64,000 nt of DNA from Squalus acanthias (Eukaryota): assembly GCA_030390025.1 (NCBI GenBank), contig CM059446.1, forward strand, positions 40,548,001 through 40,612,000. The letters are read 5' to 3'. Of the stretch, positions 52,511 to 64,000 are shown piece after piece. Both the position numbers and the translations under genes were made by a program. Numbering within the stretch: the first letter of the stretch is position 1; the number at the start of each line of letters is the position of its first letter. Under the pieces are notes generated by a model. The model ran no database searches. It saw only the letters and a list, made by a program, of their open reading frames with translations, and was not told the DNA's origin.

Positions 52511-54637
52511 TCAGTACATTTGGTTAGCAAGGGGTAAAGGCTATAGCTTCCCCCTTTGGTGAGATTGAGCTAGTGAGATCAGGCTAAATTTGCTAATGGT
52601 CTGTTGTGATGTCTTTGTGGTCTCCCTGGGTCATGCACCATTGCAGTTGAGGGGGTGGCCTCTGCCACTACCACTCTGAATGGGGCACCAAAAAAAAGGC
52701 AAGACAATCCCATAAAGCCCGACGTTCCAACTGAAATCATCTACGGACAAAACTCTTCCACCACATACTGAAGGTAGTCACTCTCCTCAAGTCCTTCCAG
52801 CCACAACAATCACCACCAATACACAAAAAAGGGCAAGAACAGCAGCCGAGGAGGGAAGTGGTGGGGTTAGTGACAGAGGAGCAGGTCATCTGCAAGGAAT
52901 TATACTCTGTGCGTTACTCCTTTTAACTGCATGCCATGGATACATGGTTCATTCTTATGGTCACAGCAAAGGCTCCAAAAGTCTAAGAGTGAACAGAAGA
53001 GCGAATTGGGGGATGAGGGACATCCTTAACTAGTTCCTCACTAAGGTAGGAATATGGGGAAAGTGGGAGGAGATTAAGCCATTAGCGCTCACCAAGGATG
53101 AAGATTAGCAGTAAATAATCCGATTTGTCATCTGAATACATCAATAAAGGCCATGTGTTTGTGTTGGAAGCTTCATTCTACCCAGTTGAAAGCCTTTTTC
53201 ATCATTCTGGAAGAATATCACTGTGTCTGGTTGTACTGTCAAGGTGGATGCATCACAATGATAGAAAAGCCTGGGAGCCAGAGGATTTCGTCTGCCCACA
53301 ACTCTAACCACTATTTTGTAAATCACTGTTAGAGGCAAGAAGATCTGTAGGACCAACAGGCACTGGGGCCCTTACCCTTTCCTTGTTTTAGGGTGATTTG
53401 TGGCAGATGTTTGAAGGACTCTGGGATACCTTAATCGTTGAAGGCCTTTGTCAGCAGTGGTTCAGTTTGGAGAGCAGGATTGTCACACACTTTCTGATAC
53501 CCAGTTCAGAGCAGTACCAGCAGCGGCCTACATGCTCAACTGGTGCCCAGTCCAGGGAGACAACAAACACAACAGCAGCGTGTTTTTAAATCAGGAAAAT
53601 GCTCACTTCCAAATGAGACAGTAAAACTAGCAGCTAAACAATGTTCACCAAACCACAGGTTCATTGGGTTTATGCTGTGTTATTCAGATGCTAAACTGTA
53701 GGTTTTCAAAGCAACTGAGCTGAAAAAACAAAAAAGCGCTCTGGTAGTGCCCAGAAGAAGCAACAGTACAAAGGCACCATGAAAAACCAACCTCAAGACA
53801 AGCAAGTGGAAGGACATGGCACACTATCCTGCATGCTGATCTCTTCCGTCAATAATAAACATGTACAAAGTGAGCAGAAAGCAAGAAAATTGCAAAACCA
53901 TACAATGTCTGCAACACCCAATTAACTCCAATTACCGTTCCTTGGCTTCACCTGATCACTACTCTCTGATTTAGCTGGTGTTCTGTTTTTAAACTTTGGT
54001 GGTGTCTTGCACTACAGGCCTGGGCCCTTCACTTTGGTGTCACAATAAAAAAAAATCAACACTATGATCAATCCAGAAAGTTGTAGCATCAGGACCAGGT
54101 ACAAGGAGGTATACCCAAGAAAGTCACGATCCAGTCATGAGTCACAACTACACATTTCATAAAAACTCATTTTTAATTATTCTGACGATAGAAGTGTAAT
54201 GAACACAGAGTTTCAGCTACAATTCTCATCTTAAACTAGCTGTCACTTTAAATCTTGGTTACTGCCAGAGCAATGCTCAGCTCAAAATACACAAACTGCT
54301 GCAGACGAGATCCATAGCTTTCATATTTAATTGAATAGACAGGACATCCTTCCCATGCAAATGCATTTGCTTTGCAAAATTAATTACGAAAAATGCCATG
54401 GGATGTCCTCCTGAAAGGGCAGATGGGGACTTGATTTAGCGTTTCATGTGAAAAATAGCACTGACAGTGCAGGACTCCTTCAGTGCTGCACTGGAGTGGC
54501 TGTAAGAAAGGCATTACTTCTTTTGCAAAATGATGCACTTGATATTAAGGAGACGACTTAGGTCAAAAATTGTTTTGGCAAATGTTCAAGAATCTTCAGA
54601 TTGGGTCAGTTTCAAATAGTAGGCATATAGAGAGCAT

Positions 54638-54960
54638 GGGCCAATTTTCCAAGTTCACGATACTGACAGGAGCCTCGGCTGCTGCCGATAAATAATCAGG
54701 AAATCACAGGTGCATTGCTCATAATTCTGCATCCATTAATAGATGAAAAGGTTGCGGACGGCATACATACAACTTCCTGATATTCACTTTCCAAACCAGA
54801 TGGCTCAACAGCTTCCAACATTCCACTGAGAACATTATCGGACTTCAGGATTGATTGATCTTCCCTCCAAAGGAATTGCTAAATCAGAGTTTCCAATGCT
54901 GAGGTTTTATTTTGAGAGGTCGGAAGGAAGTGAAAAAAGTCATCATGGAAGATTCTGGGC
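54638..54960. mobile_element. Degenerate MITE
   Basis: Imperfect TIRs gggccaattttcca / tggaagattctgggc. Confidence 0.35.
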
Positions 54961-56142
54961 AAGATTTTATTCAGTTTCTATCATTGCAAAAATGTATTTG
55001 TATCATATTGCACAATGCAAATTCCTTGTGCCATGATGCAAATCTGGTTATTTAAAGTCACAGTGTACCTTTTTGTGGTGCAATGATGAGGAAGTGAAAT
55101 CCTCTTTCGTGTAGCACTTGAACTACTCAGAATGGTAAAGTTGGCAGTTTTGTGATAGACTTTCCTGTCACCAGACAAGACTCAACTAGATCTGAAAAGT
55201 TTACATCAGTCAACATCAATGATGCTCTCTTGATAATACCAAATTAAACCAGCAATTTGATCAACTCCAAAACAAGTAATGCAGATCGGTGGTGTTGATG
55301 CAGATCATTAGTACGGGCCGGACTCTAAAGCACCAGTATGCTAGCTGATGAAGACCACACATCCAGCCTCCACGCTGCCTACTCTGCTCAATAAACTAAC
55401 ATGCTTATCCCATTATTGTGCTCATCACGGGTCCAATGAATCACATTGCTAATGCTCTTTAACCAGGGCACAGCTATTTTCCCCCATAGCAGAGACAGAA
55501 ACACATACCGAGGCAATACTGAACATGTTGTTGTTTAAGATGCACCTTCAATTGATGCAAGTCGATACTGCTCCCACTGCTTCGTCACAAGTTTTTCTAG
55601 ATGCTCGTTTTCAGACCTTCCCTGGCAACCATTGTTGGCTATGAAGGCTGCAAAGCCATCATCCATTAAAAGCAACACAGAGATACCAGTTATAAGCAGC
55701 CACAGGAAATGCCTTTCTGCAAAACCTGAAGTCACAAATACAAATCTGAAGTCACAAGATTCAATTTTTGACAAGCCTAGTGAAGTAGAATTTAAAGCAC
55801 CAGAACGCATGCCCACAGGCTGAAACAGATGCATACTGACAGTTACAACTCTTCTTACTGAAGAGAAAACAGTGCAAGATGCCAATGATGGAACAACAAC
55901 TGACGACAAGATGGCCAGAGCTTAACTTATAGTGCCAAGGAAGATCGTAACCTACTAAAAAAGTTTTTTTGTGATGGTAGAAGTAAAATTTAGAAAATTA
56001 TTCTGGTTAGCAAGCCTGAAATTATATAAAATTATAATTTAGCAAATTATCTTGCCCATCCCCTTTGGAAGAAGCTGAAAAATATTTTAACAGCAAAAAG
56101 TTATTTACTCTCTAAATTGTTGAATACCCAAATAAAAAACTT

Positions 56143-56539
56143 GGCCTAGGTTTTCTGTTCCAGTTACTGGAGTAGGGACCGCTTCACTGCCTCCCTGCTT
56201 GCCATCGTTTTTGGGACTTTCCAACAGTAGCGACAGGGGATGTGCAATGCATCCACCAATACATAGCGAGCGCTTAGTAATACCGCGCACATGACAGAAA
56301 TAAGTCATCGGACACGTTTCTGCCATTTGCACCAGCACAATGCCGGGTGCGAGGAATGCAGGGTAATTTACTGCATGCTCGATTGTACTTTTCAAATAAA
56401 AATTCAAATTGTGCCGACCCCATAGCCATTCTCAAGCAGCTGCCGAGCCCACCTCAAATACTGGAAAATCAGCTAAGCACACCATTGTGAGGGGTGGAAT
56501 TCCTGCTTCAAACGAAGATGCATCAGGAAAATCCTGGCT
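56143..56539. mobile_element. Degenerate MITE
   Basis: Imperfect TIRs ggcctaggttttc / gaaaatcctggct; CpG-enriched interior. Confidence 0.4.
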
Positions 56540-57984
56540 CTATTATAAACCAAGTGCAACTATGACAAAGTACAAAGTTCCAAAACGGTTTAACAGACCC
56601 GGATTTCTTTCTCCCCGATATCATAACAGGACGCCACTCCAACAGGGATCAGGGAGGAGTAAATAATCCCTCCAAGCTTCTTGAATTTTAATCATCTTTT
56701 TTTGTCCGATCAACTGGGCTGACTTGACCGCTTGAATTGTTTTTATAAAATAGTCTCCTTGGCCCCAAAACCTACTGTGTCAATATGCAAGACCATGCTT
56801 TTTTCCAAGCCACAGAGCTATTAATATAACCTCAATTCTAATTTTATTCAAATCGTGTTCAGATTTTTGTTAGACTGACACCAATAATTGGCCTCTACTT
56901 CAATCATCCAACTCCAGAAAATGAACAGACGCTATAAATCTGCCACCTCCACTGTTCAGTCTCTGCAATGATCAATGACGTCCTTCAGTTACTCTCCTCC
57001 TCCTCACCTCCCGCTTCCTGTACCATTTGCTCGGCACCTGCGCGCTCTCATCTCTTCCCTGCCCTTTCTTGCACCCCTTCCCAACACCGTGCCCAAAGTC
57101 CATAAGATGGCCTCACTGTAAGCACACTTTATTTCCTTAGGAAATGTTAGTGAGAGGTGTTGCTATATAGGTGGACAACAAAAACTATATTTCTTCTTTC
57201 CCTCACATTCTTCCACTATTTTTCTCTCCTGAACTTTATGTTAATGTGCGTTTTCCTATCTTTTCGGTAGCTCATTATACCATGTAGAAGCTACTAAAAC
57301 CTCACTTTCAATGGGATTTTTTTCTACCTTACACCCATCACCAAGGCTATTGGTTTCAAGGAAAGAGACAGAAACCATGGCACTTGATCCCCAAAACACA
57401 GGTAAAAATCCTGTAATCCATATAGCAAAAAGAGAATTTGAATTATTCAAATCACTGTAAACCAGTGCTCCTGCTCATCAATCACTTAGTTGAACATCTC
57501 CATGGCTCTTTTAAACTTTTTAATCCTTTTACTCCCTTCTTTCATTTTTAAAATCTTGGTCTGCTTGATCCCACTTTTCACTTTAGTTATAGTGTATATA
57601 AGTACCTCCCATTCCTTTCCATTCAATTGAGACTAAAAATGTGATCGTGTGTTCCTCTGTGGGAATGACTGAGGGATTTCATTTCAACGGATGCCCTGAA
57701 GATACTGTTACGGTTATTGTGCAGAGTGCTTAATGCAATGCCGATTACTATTTAGAGAGCTTTTAAGTTGAGCATTTTCTCATATGTCTCCCTCTGTGAC
57801 ACTGTGATTTATTTATCACGGATAGCTGATATTACATAAAAGGTAAACCTGCTGCCATAGATAAGAGCAACTGCTATGACAGGACATTCATGGGTCACAT
57901 ATCTCTACTTCATTCATAAAATACTGTACCAAAGAATTTTAATATTCATCAACCTAGTTCTAGTTAGCATTCATTATTAAAAAA

Positions 57985-58271
57985 ACTAATATAAGATAGT
58001 CACCAAGAAATCCAATAGGGAATTCAGAAGAAACTTCTTTACCCAATGAGTGATGAGAATGTGGAACTCGCTACCACAGGGAGTGGTTGAAGCGAATAGT
58101 ATAGATGCATTTAAGGGGAGGCTGGACAAGCATATGGGGGAGAAAGGAATGAAGGGTTATGCTGATAGAGAAAAGACGGGAGGAGGCTCGAGTGGAGCAT
58201 AAACGCCGGCATGGACTGATTGGGCCGAATGGCCCGTTTCTGTGCCATTTATCCTATGTATGTATGTATGT
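57985..58271 (+). mobile_element. CR1 3' end with (tatg)n tail
   Basis: RRNFFTQ…MWNSLPQGVVEANSIDAFKGRLDKHM coding, followed by a 3'-UTR. Confidence 0.8.
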
Positions 58272-58549
58272 AATTTTTATAAAGCACAATATTATCCCCA
58301 ATTCAAGCTGTCCTGTTGCTATTTTTTGTTCCCTTTATTCATAGCTGCCAGTGGAAATCCCAAATTTGACCTGATCCTTGAATTGTAACTGCAACCATTT
58401 ATTTTGGTTCTACTATAATCTCTTTATTCCTTTACAGTATATCTCTTTATAATACATTAAAGTCCTGCATACAGCGCACAGTTCCTGTATCATGCTTGCT
58501 GTTTGCAACACTTTCCCAGCACAAGTACTTATTGTGATAAAACTGTACA

Positions 58550-59110
58550 CGATCCAGCTCAGGTGGAGAGGCAGTGGGGTATTGAGCATGGGGCCTAGGC
58601 AGCTGAAAGGCACACCCACCAATGGTCGGGTAAGGGGAGATGGTTGGGGGGGGGGGGGGGGTGTGGAGGGAGGGGGTGTGGAGGGAGGGATGTACAAGAG
58701 GCCAGAGTTAGAGAAACAGAGTTCAAGGAGTGTTGGCTATGGATAGGGAGAGGGCAAAGTCATGGAGCGATCTAAACACAAGGATGAGAATTTTAAAATT
58801 TGTGGCATTAGGGATCAATGTAGGTCAGCAAAGCTTAGGGGCGATTGTCAAGAAGATCTTGCGATAGGATATGAATGAGCTGAATTTTAGAGTGTGAAGG
58901 AAGGGTGGAGAGCACAGGATTAATCAACTAGTGGTAACAAATGCACGAATGAGGGTTTAAGCGGCAGATGGGTTGAGGTGGGGTGGAAGATGTAGAGGTT
59001 ACCGAGGTGAAAGTAAGCAGCATTGTGACGGGGAGGCTACGAAGTCAGCTTGGGGCCGAACAGGATGTTGAGGTTAATCAGATGTCTCCAAACATTTAGT
59101 GAAGTTGGTC
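58550..59110 (-). mobile_element. Degenerate L2 fragment with an expanded G-rich tract
   Basis: aaacacaaggatgagaattttaaa and ggcctaggcagctgaaaggc motifs, shared with the 3105 element. Confidence 0.6.
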
Positions 59111-60847
59111 TGAACCTTCAGCTTGCATCCCCCCACAACCCGTCCAGCGGAGTGCATTTCAAAATGCTTAATCTCGCACATAAATTTGCTTGTATGGTGT
59201 TGTACAACCTTAAAAATGTTTCCTCAGTGATGCCAACCCCCGGGTCAGGAGCCTGAGATTTAATGTGGAGTGTTTGAATGCAGCTTGAGTTGTTGGGTTG
59301 GGCTTTGCTGGTCATTTTATTCTGCAACCGTCTTGGTTTCTCTTGACTGACTACTACAGCCCACGTCAATCGTATTAAGCCCCACCTCTCTTCATTTGGC
59401 CCTTTCCTTCTCAGATTAATTAACCCCCTTCACCTTCAAGCTGGAAAGTGGCGGTAGGGGGTTGCATACCTCACTGGGATTTTCCTTTTTTGATTGTCAG
59501 CAAAATTAGCCATTCACAGAGCATGCCAGGACTTTTATGAAGCCACATCACCTCTTGTCCACTGATGAAAACATCCAGAAGCTTGCAAAGTAACTTAATT
59601 TTAAAAGAAAACAATCAAATCATTATAAACCACAGTTTTTTAGACTTTGAGGTAAGTGTTGTAATCACTATACAAAAGGGGGTTGTTTATTTATGCTCAT
59701 TACAGCAGTTGTGTGTGCATTTACTGTTGCACTGACTGACTCCTTCCATTCCCCACACCCCTGCCAGTCACTCTCCACCATCATACATGAATACTAGTCT
59801 GGTTTAGTCTTTACTCTGAATGTGCAAGCCCTCAAATCCTTACTAAATTAGCAACTGAACACATTGCCACATTATGCTCGCCTCCTATACCGATTCATTG
59901 GACCAAGTAATTATTCAGCCACACAGTCCCAAGTCAGCTGAGAAACCAGATGATTGGGAGCGGTGGATGGTTGAAAGGCTCATGTCAGGTCTGGGTGGGT
60001 TGAACTAGGTTGGGAAGGTTATTGCCCCCTAAGTGCATCCTGGCACGGCACCCACCCAGAAAGACTTACTTGCTCTCCTACCCCAAGTACTTGCTGCCCC
60101 ACATGGTAGCTTACGCAACCCAAATACTCTCTGGCTCATCTGGCCAGTTACTCAGTTCCCTCCCAAGTGCTTTCCAACTGCCAGCCTGTTTGCCCGACAA
60201 AGACAAATGTTTCTTGGTCCAGGGCAACAGCAGCTCTGGCAAAGGTCCAAGCATGTGTCATAGTGTATATATATTTTGACAACTTTGTTAAATACACAAG
60301 AGCAAAAGGAAAAGACCCCAGACTTACCAGTGCTGTGTATAACTAATCACCCCCCAGAGAAAATAATCCAGTTGGAGACCAAAGTATTTACTGCCCGAAA
60401 TAGGTTCTTAAATAATGATGGTGGAAAGCTTAGTAACAGATAATGACATTTATTGTTATGTTCCCATAAAGAAGACACTGACAATGTAACTTAAAACGAG
60501 AGATATTTTCTAAACGTTCAATTATTATGTGCCCGAGTTGACTTTCAGCATGAACCCATTAGAAAATCCTTCTGATCACAGTGCTGGGCTTCCTCAAATC
60601 AGATTAAGTAAATCTACTGTATAAATCCAAGCTCGTACTTTTCCCAAACCAATCAACATGAATCAATGCGAAACATTAAAACCAAACAACTACAACTAAG
60701 CCTCATTGTGCTATTTCCCATTTTTGATCAACTTTGAAAATTCTACACATTAAAAAAGTCAAATATTCCTGACAAAAAGCCTACCTTCTTCAAAAAGGAC
60801 ACTATTTGTACACAATAATTGTATTGTTAGATTAACTCATCCCACTT

Positions 60848-61400
60848 AGCAACAACTTGCATTTATATACTGCTCCTCATATTAAAGAACCACCCCCCAC
60901 CCCCAGAATGCTCTACCAAGGAAAGCAAGGACCAAGCAAGTAGATAATTGTTTTAGGAGGAGAGAGCAAAACCACCATGAAGAGATAGGTTTTTAGGGGG
61001 ATTCTGAAGGCAGGGAGGCAAGTAGCAAGATGGTTTTTGAAGACGGTTCTACAGGGCAGGGGTATGGTGGCCACACCTATGAAGAGCGAGCAGAGACAAG
61101 CAGTAATCTGGAGACTGGGAGTTTAAGGTGCAGGCTGTGACTAGCTGGAGCAGATTCCCGAACAAAATGGACAAGATGAAAGTAGAGAAGTGAAGTGAGC
61201 AGCGCATTAGAGAAGTTAATCCTTGAGGTAAGGAAGCGATGGATGAGGAAGTCAGTAGAGGAGGTGGTGATGTAGGGCTGTAACTGGGAAATGATCCAGA
61301 AGCAGGAGAAGACAATCTTGGCAACACACTTGGTGTAGCCGAACACCACCAGGTTTTGCCTCACCACTCACCGAGCAACTAGGGAGGTTCTTTTTGGGCT
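60848..61400 (-). mobile_element. Degenerate L2 fragment
   Basis: Tail aacaacttgcatttatata; LIHRFLTSRINFSNALL coding. Confidence 0.6.
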
Positions 61401-64000
61401 TAAATAAGTGGGCTGTGTCCCTGTGGAAGAGACTGCATCCTGGAACTGGCAAACAGAAACTCTACCAGTGTAGATTTCTCACAAACTTGATTTGGACAGA
61501 CAAACATGGTGGTGGATTTCTGCACATTCTATACTCTGCTAACCAAATCAATACCATTTTGGTAAAAAATCAATATAAATAAACTCTACTGGAATGATCA
61601 ATTCTGTATGTAAATATATTGCTGAAGAACAAGCCAATACAGAAGGCTGCGGAGAGCATTTAAAATGTAGGCAAAGGGATCAGGAAAGAAAAAAAAACAT
61701 ATCTTGAAAAAAAAAAACATCCAGATATCAAAATAAAAAGCACTGAAAAAAGTGACCACTGCACAAATGGGTTATAGCACTTTGACACAAGGACCTTTTA
61801 TAGTATTTCAGCACTGCTGCACCCTTCAAACGTGTAGCTTCTGCCAGAAATCAGCATTTGGGCATTTTTGAGGAGCCACAAATTTTAATGAGAATATTTA
61901 ATGTGATGCTTTACAAAAAACGCAGCCATCCAAAGACGGAAATCTTGCTCTGTACCCCTTTTTTCAATGACTGCACCGCTGAATGAAAAGAAAGAAACTT
62001 TAAATGTGCTTAATGCCTCATGGGGTTATTGAGGTCACAAATCAATGAGGCAGTAATTGTTGTGTTGGCCAATAGACGCTCAAGGAGCAAGATATTCACA
62101 AGAAGACTGTTCTTTACATGTTGGTCTGCTCAAGGAACATAGAAAACAAGGGGAGAAAAATTATCCGTCATCGGTTTGGCAAGAAATCCGGGAAGTTTTA
62201 TGTCCATTTACACACCCATTTTTAAAAATGGTATGCAATGACTGCTGAACAGAAAAAAATTAGTGAACTATTCTGGAAAATATCATTTATTGATACGATA
62301 CTAGTGTTTTGTTAACTAATGAAGATTGCACTGAAACTTTCATCCCCACCCCATCGTAGGGAGTCCAGAGCAGAGCTGATTAAAAAGCCTTTGGAAAAGG
62401 AGGATTTAAGAAACTACGTGATATTGTTGATGATGCCTTACATCAAATGTAATAAATTACATTTTAATAGCAACACCTTCATTACTTGCATGGCAGAACC
62501 TGTTTATAACCATGGAAACAGCCTGACCCCCAGATGCAAATATTTTGTATACGTAAAGAGGAGGGTTGCAAATATGTTACCTGCAGTACTGCTCGCCTTT
62601 GATTTTTAAGCGCAAAATGAGTCACAAATCCTTTAAGTCTTTTGGAGAGGCTCTCAATACAGATCTTGAAGGAATACCTGTAACTTCGCACCTCCCTCAC
62701 AAGGGCACTGGTCACTCATTCATCATTGCTCTGAAGGCTGGTTTGAGCTTTATCCAAGTTTTATCTTCACTGTGCAGAATTTCGATTGCTTGAGCAGGCA
62801 GAATTTTATTTACAACAATTGGACGTCAACTTACAGCCCTATTTCCAATACCTCAGTATGCACGCCAACGTAATAATCCTCTGTGAATGTCAAGAAACCT
62901 TATCTGTCAACTTGTAAAGAAAAACAAAATGGAGTAGATTTCTAAAAAAGGCAAGAAATTGAATTGACCCCATCACCAAAAATCCATCTACACTTTAAAA
63001 ACCCTGAGGGTGGAATATTAGGTGGATGGCAAAAACATGCTCTCGAATTAATTATGGCTTTCTGAAGAATAAGATAAGACCCGTCTCAATTCTGTCACTT
63101 CATAAAGTTATTAGGATAACATTGGTTTTAGGAGGTCAGTTAAACTGCCATCTAATTATAATAATGGGATGAAGTTGTTGTATTAATGTTTAAATTGATT
63201 CTTCCTTTGAGGCTACTGAAATATATATTAGTTGGAACAGTTTACTAAAATTGACTGGAATGCTTGTTGTGCTTATAAAGTGATTTGAGTCACCTACAGT
63301 AATAATGTTGGGATTTTACAAAACAATGCAAGCTTGAAAGGTAAAAAAAAAAGTATTTCAATGGACTTCAAAAATCTGTAAAATCAAAAAACTTTTTTAA
63401 AAACTGCATTTAATGAAATCTTTTTTTATTTAAAAAAAAAAGCAGTTTCTGAAATGTGCAATGGTAAAATTGATTTGCAACTTCTAGCTAGCAGCTTTAA
63501 ACTTGCATTTACAAAAGAAGGAAGGAATGATTTTAGTGAATGCTGAGAAGCTCTTGTCAGTCAATGCTTATCTAGTCTGAACAAAGCAACGAGTGACTCG
63601 TTTTCTTAAGCAACCCAAGTGAGAATCAACAAACAAATTTATTACAACCTCCTTTCCCCTCAGTATTCTGCACTTCAGGTATATTTTATGCAGGTTTAAT
63701 AAACATCATCTTGCTACTATTTCCGACAACTGTCCTTCAGGCAACATACAAGGCAGTAAACAAGGGTTCAATGCCACCGTGAAAAGCTGGTAGTGAAAGT
63801 TCATACCATGATTTCATTACATATTGTCAGAACACACCAAGAACAAAAGGTTTCCATCTTGTTTCAGTTATCCGGTTACATTTATAATTACATCATTTTT
63901 AAAATCATGATACATTTTGATAACTTGCAACGAAACCAACACCTAAATGGATAGAATCAGACCATGCATTAAATAACAATTTCTCCTGCTTTCAGAACTT

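Noticed and set aside
55535-55925. Overlapping ORFs on both strands (124 aa minus, 63 aa plus)
   Set aside because: No recognisable domain or convincing splice sites, and low-complexity S/T/K composition. At most a transposon relic.
58632-58692. G-quadruplex-like G-rich tract
   Set aside because: A simple-sequence expansion inside a decayed L2, with no evidence of function.

Overview
Eukaryotic (cartilaginous-fish, probably shark) genomic DNA: AT-rich, repeat-dense and mostly intronic. The only clear host gene is MEF2A on the minus strand. Its first coding exon is 10390-10578 (ATG at 10443) and its MADS/MEF2-domain exon is 1648-1851; later exons lie beyond position 1. The remaining ~53 kb is upstream or 5'-UTR intron sequence filled with CR1- and L2-type LINE 3' fragments, Deu-domain (SacSINE1/AmnSINE1-like) SINEs, many GG(G)-ended TIR elements (probable Harbinger-type MITEs), Penelope-derived hairpin inserts and microsatellites, often nested. 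The main oddity is a decayed, densely packed multi-ORF segment on the minus strand (~21.6-23.9 kb). It may be an endogenous viral element, and one frame weakly recalls bornavirus matrix protein. Also notable are Penelope-type hammerhead ribozyme relics, a minimal uORF in the MEF2A leader and a palindromic 23-bp minisatellite. All family assignments come from pattern recall, not database searches.
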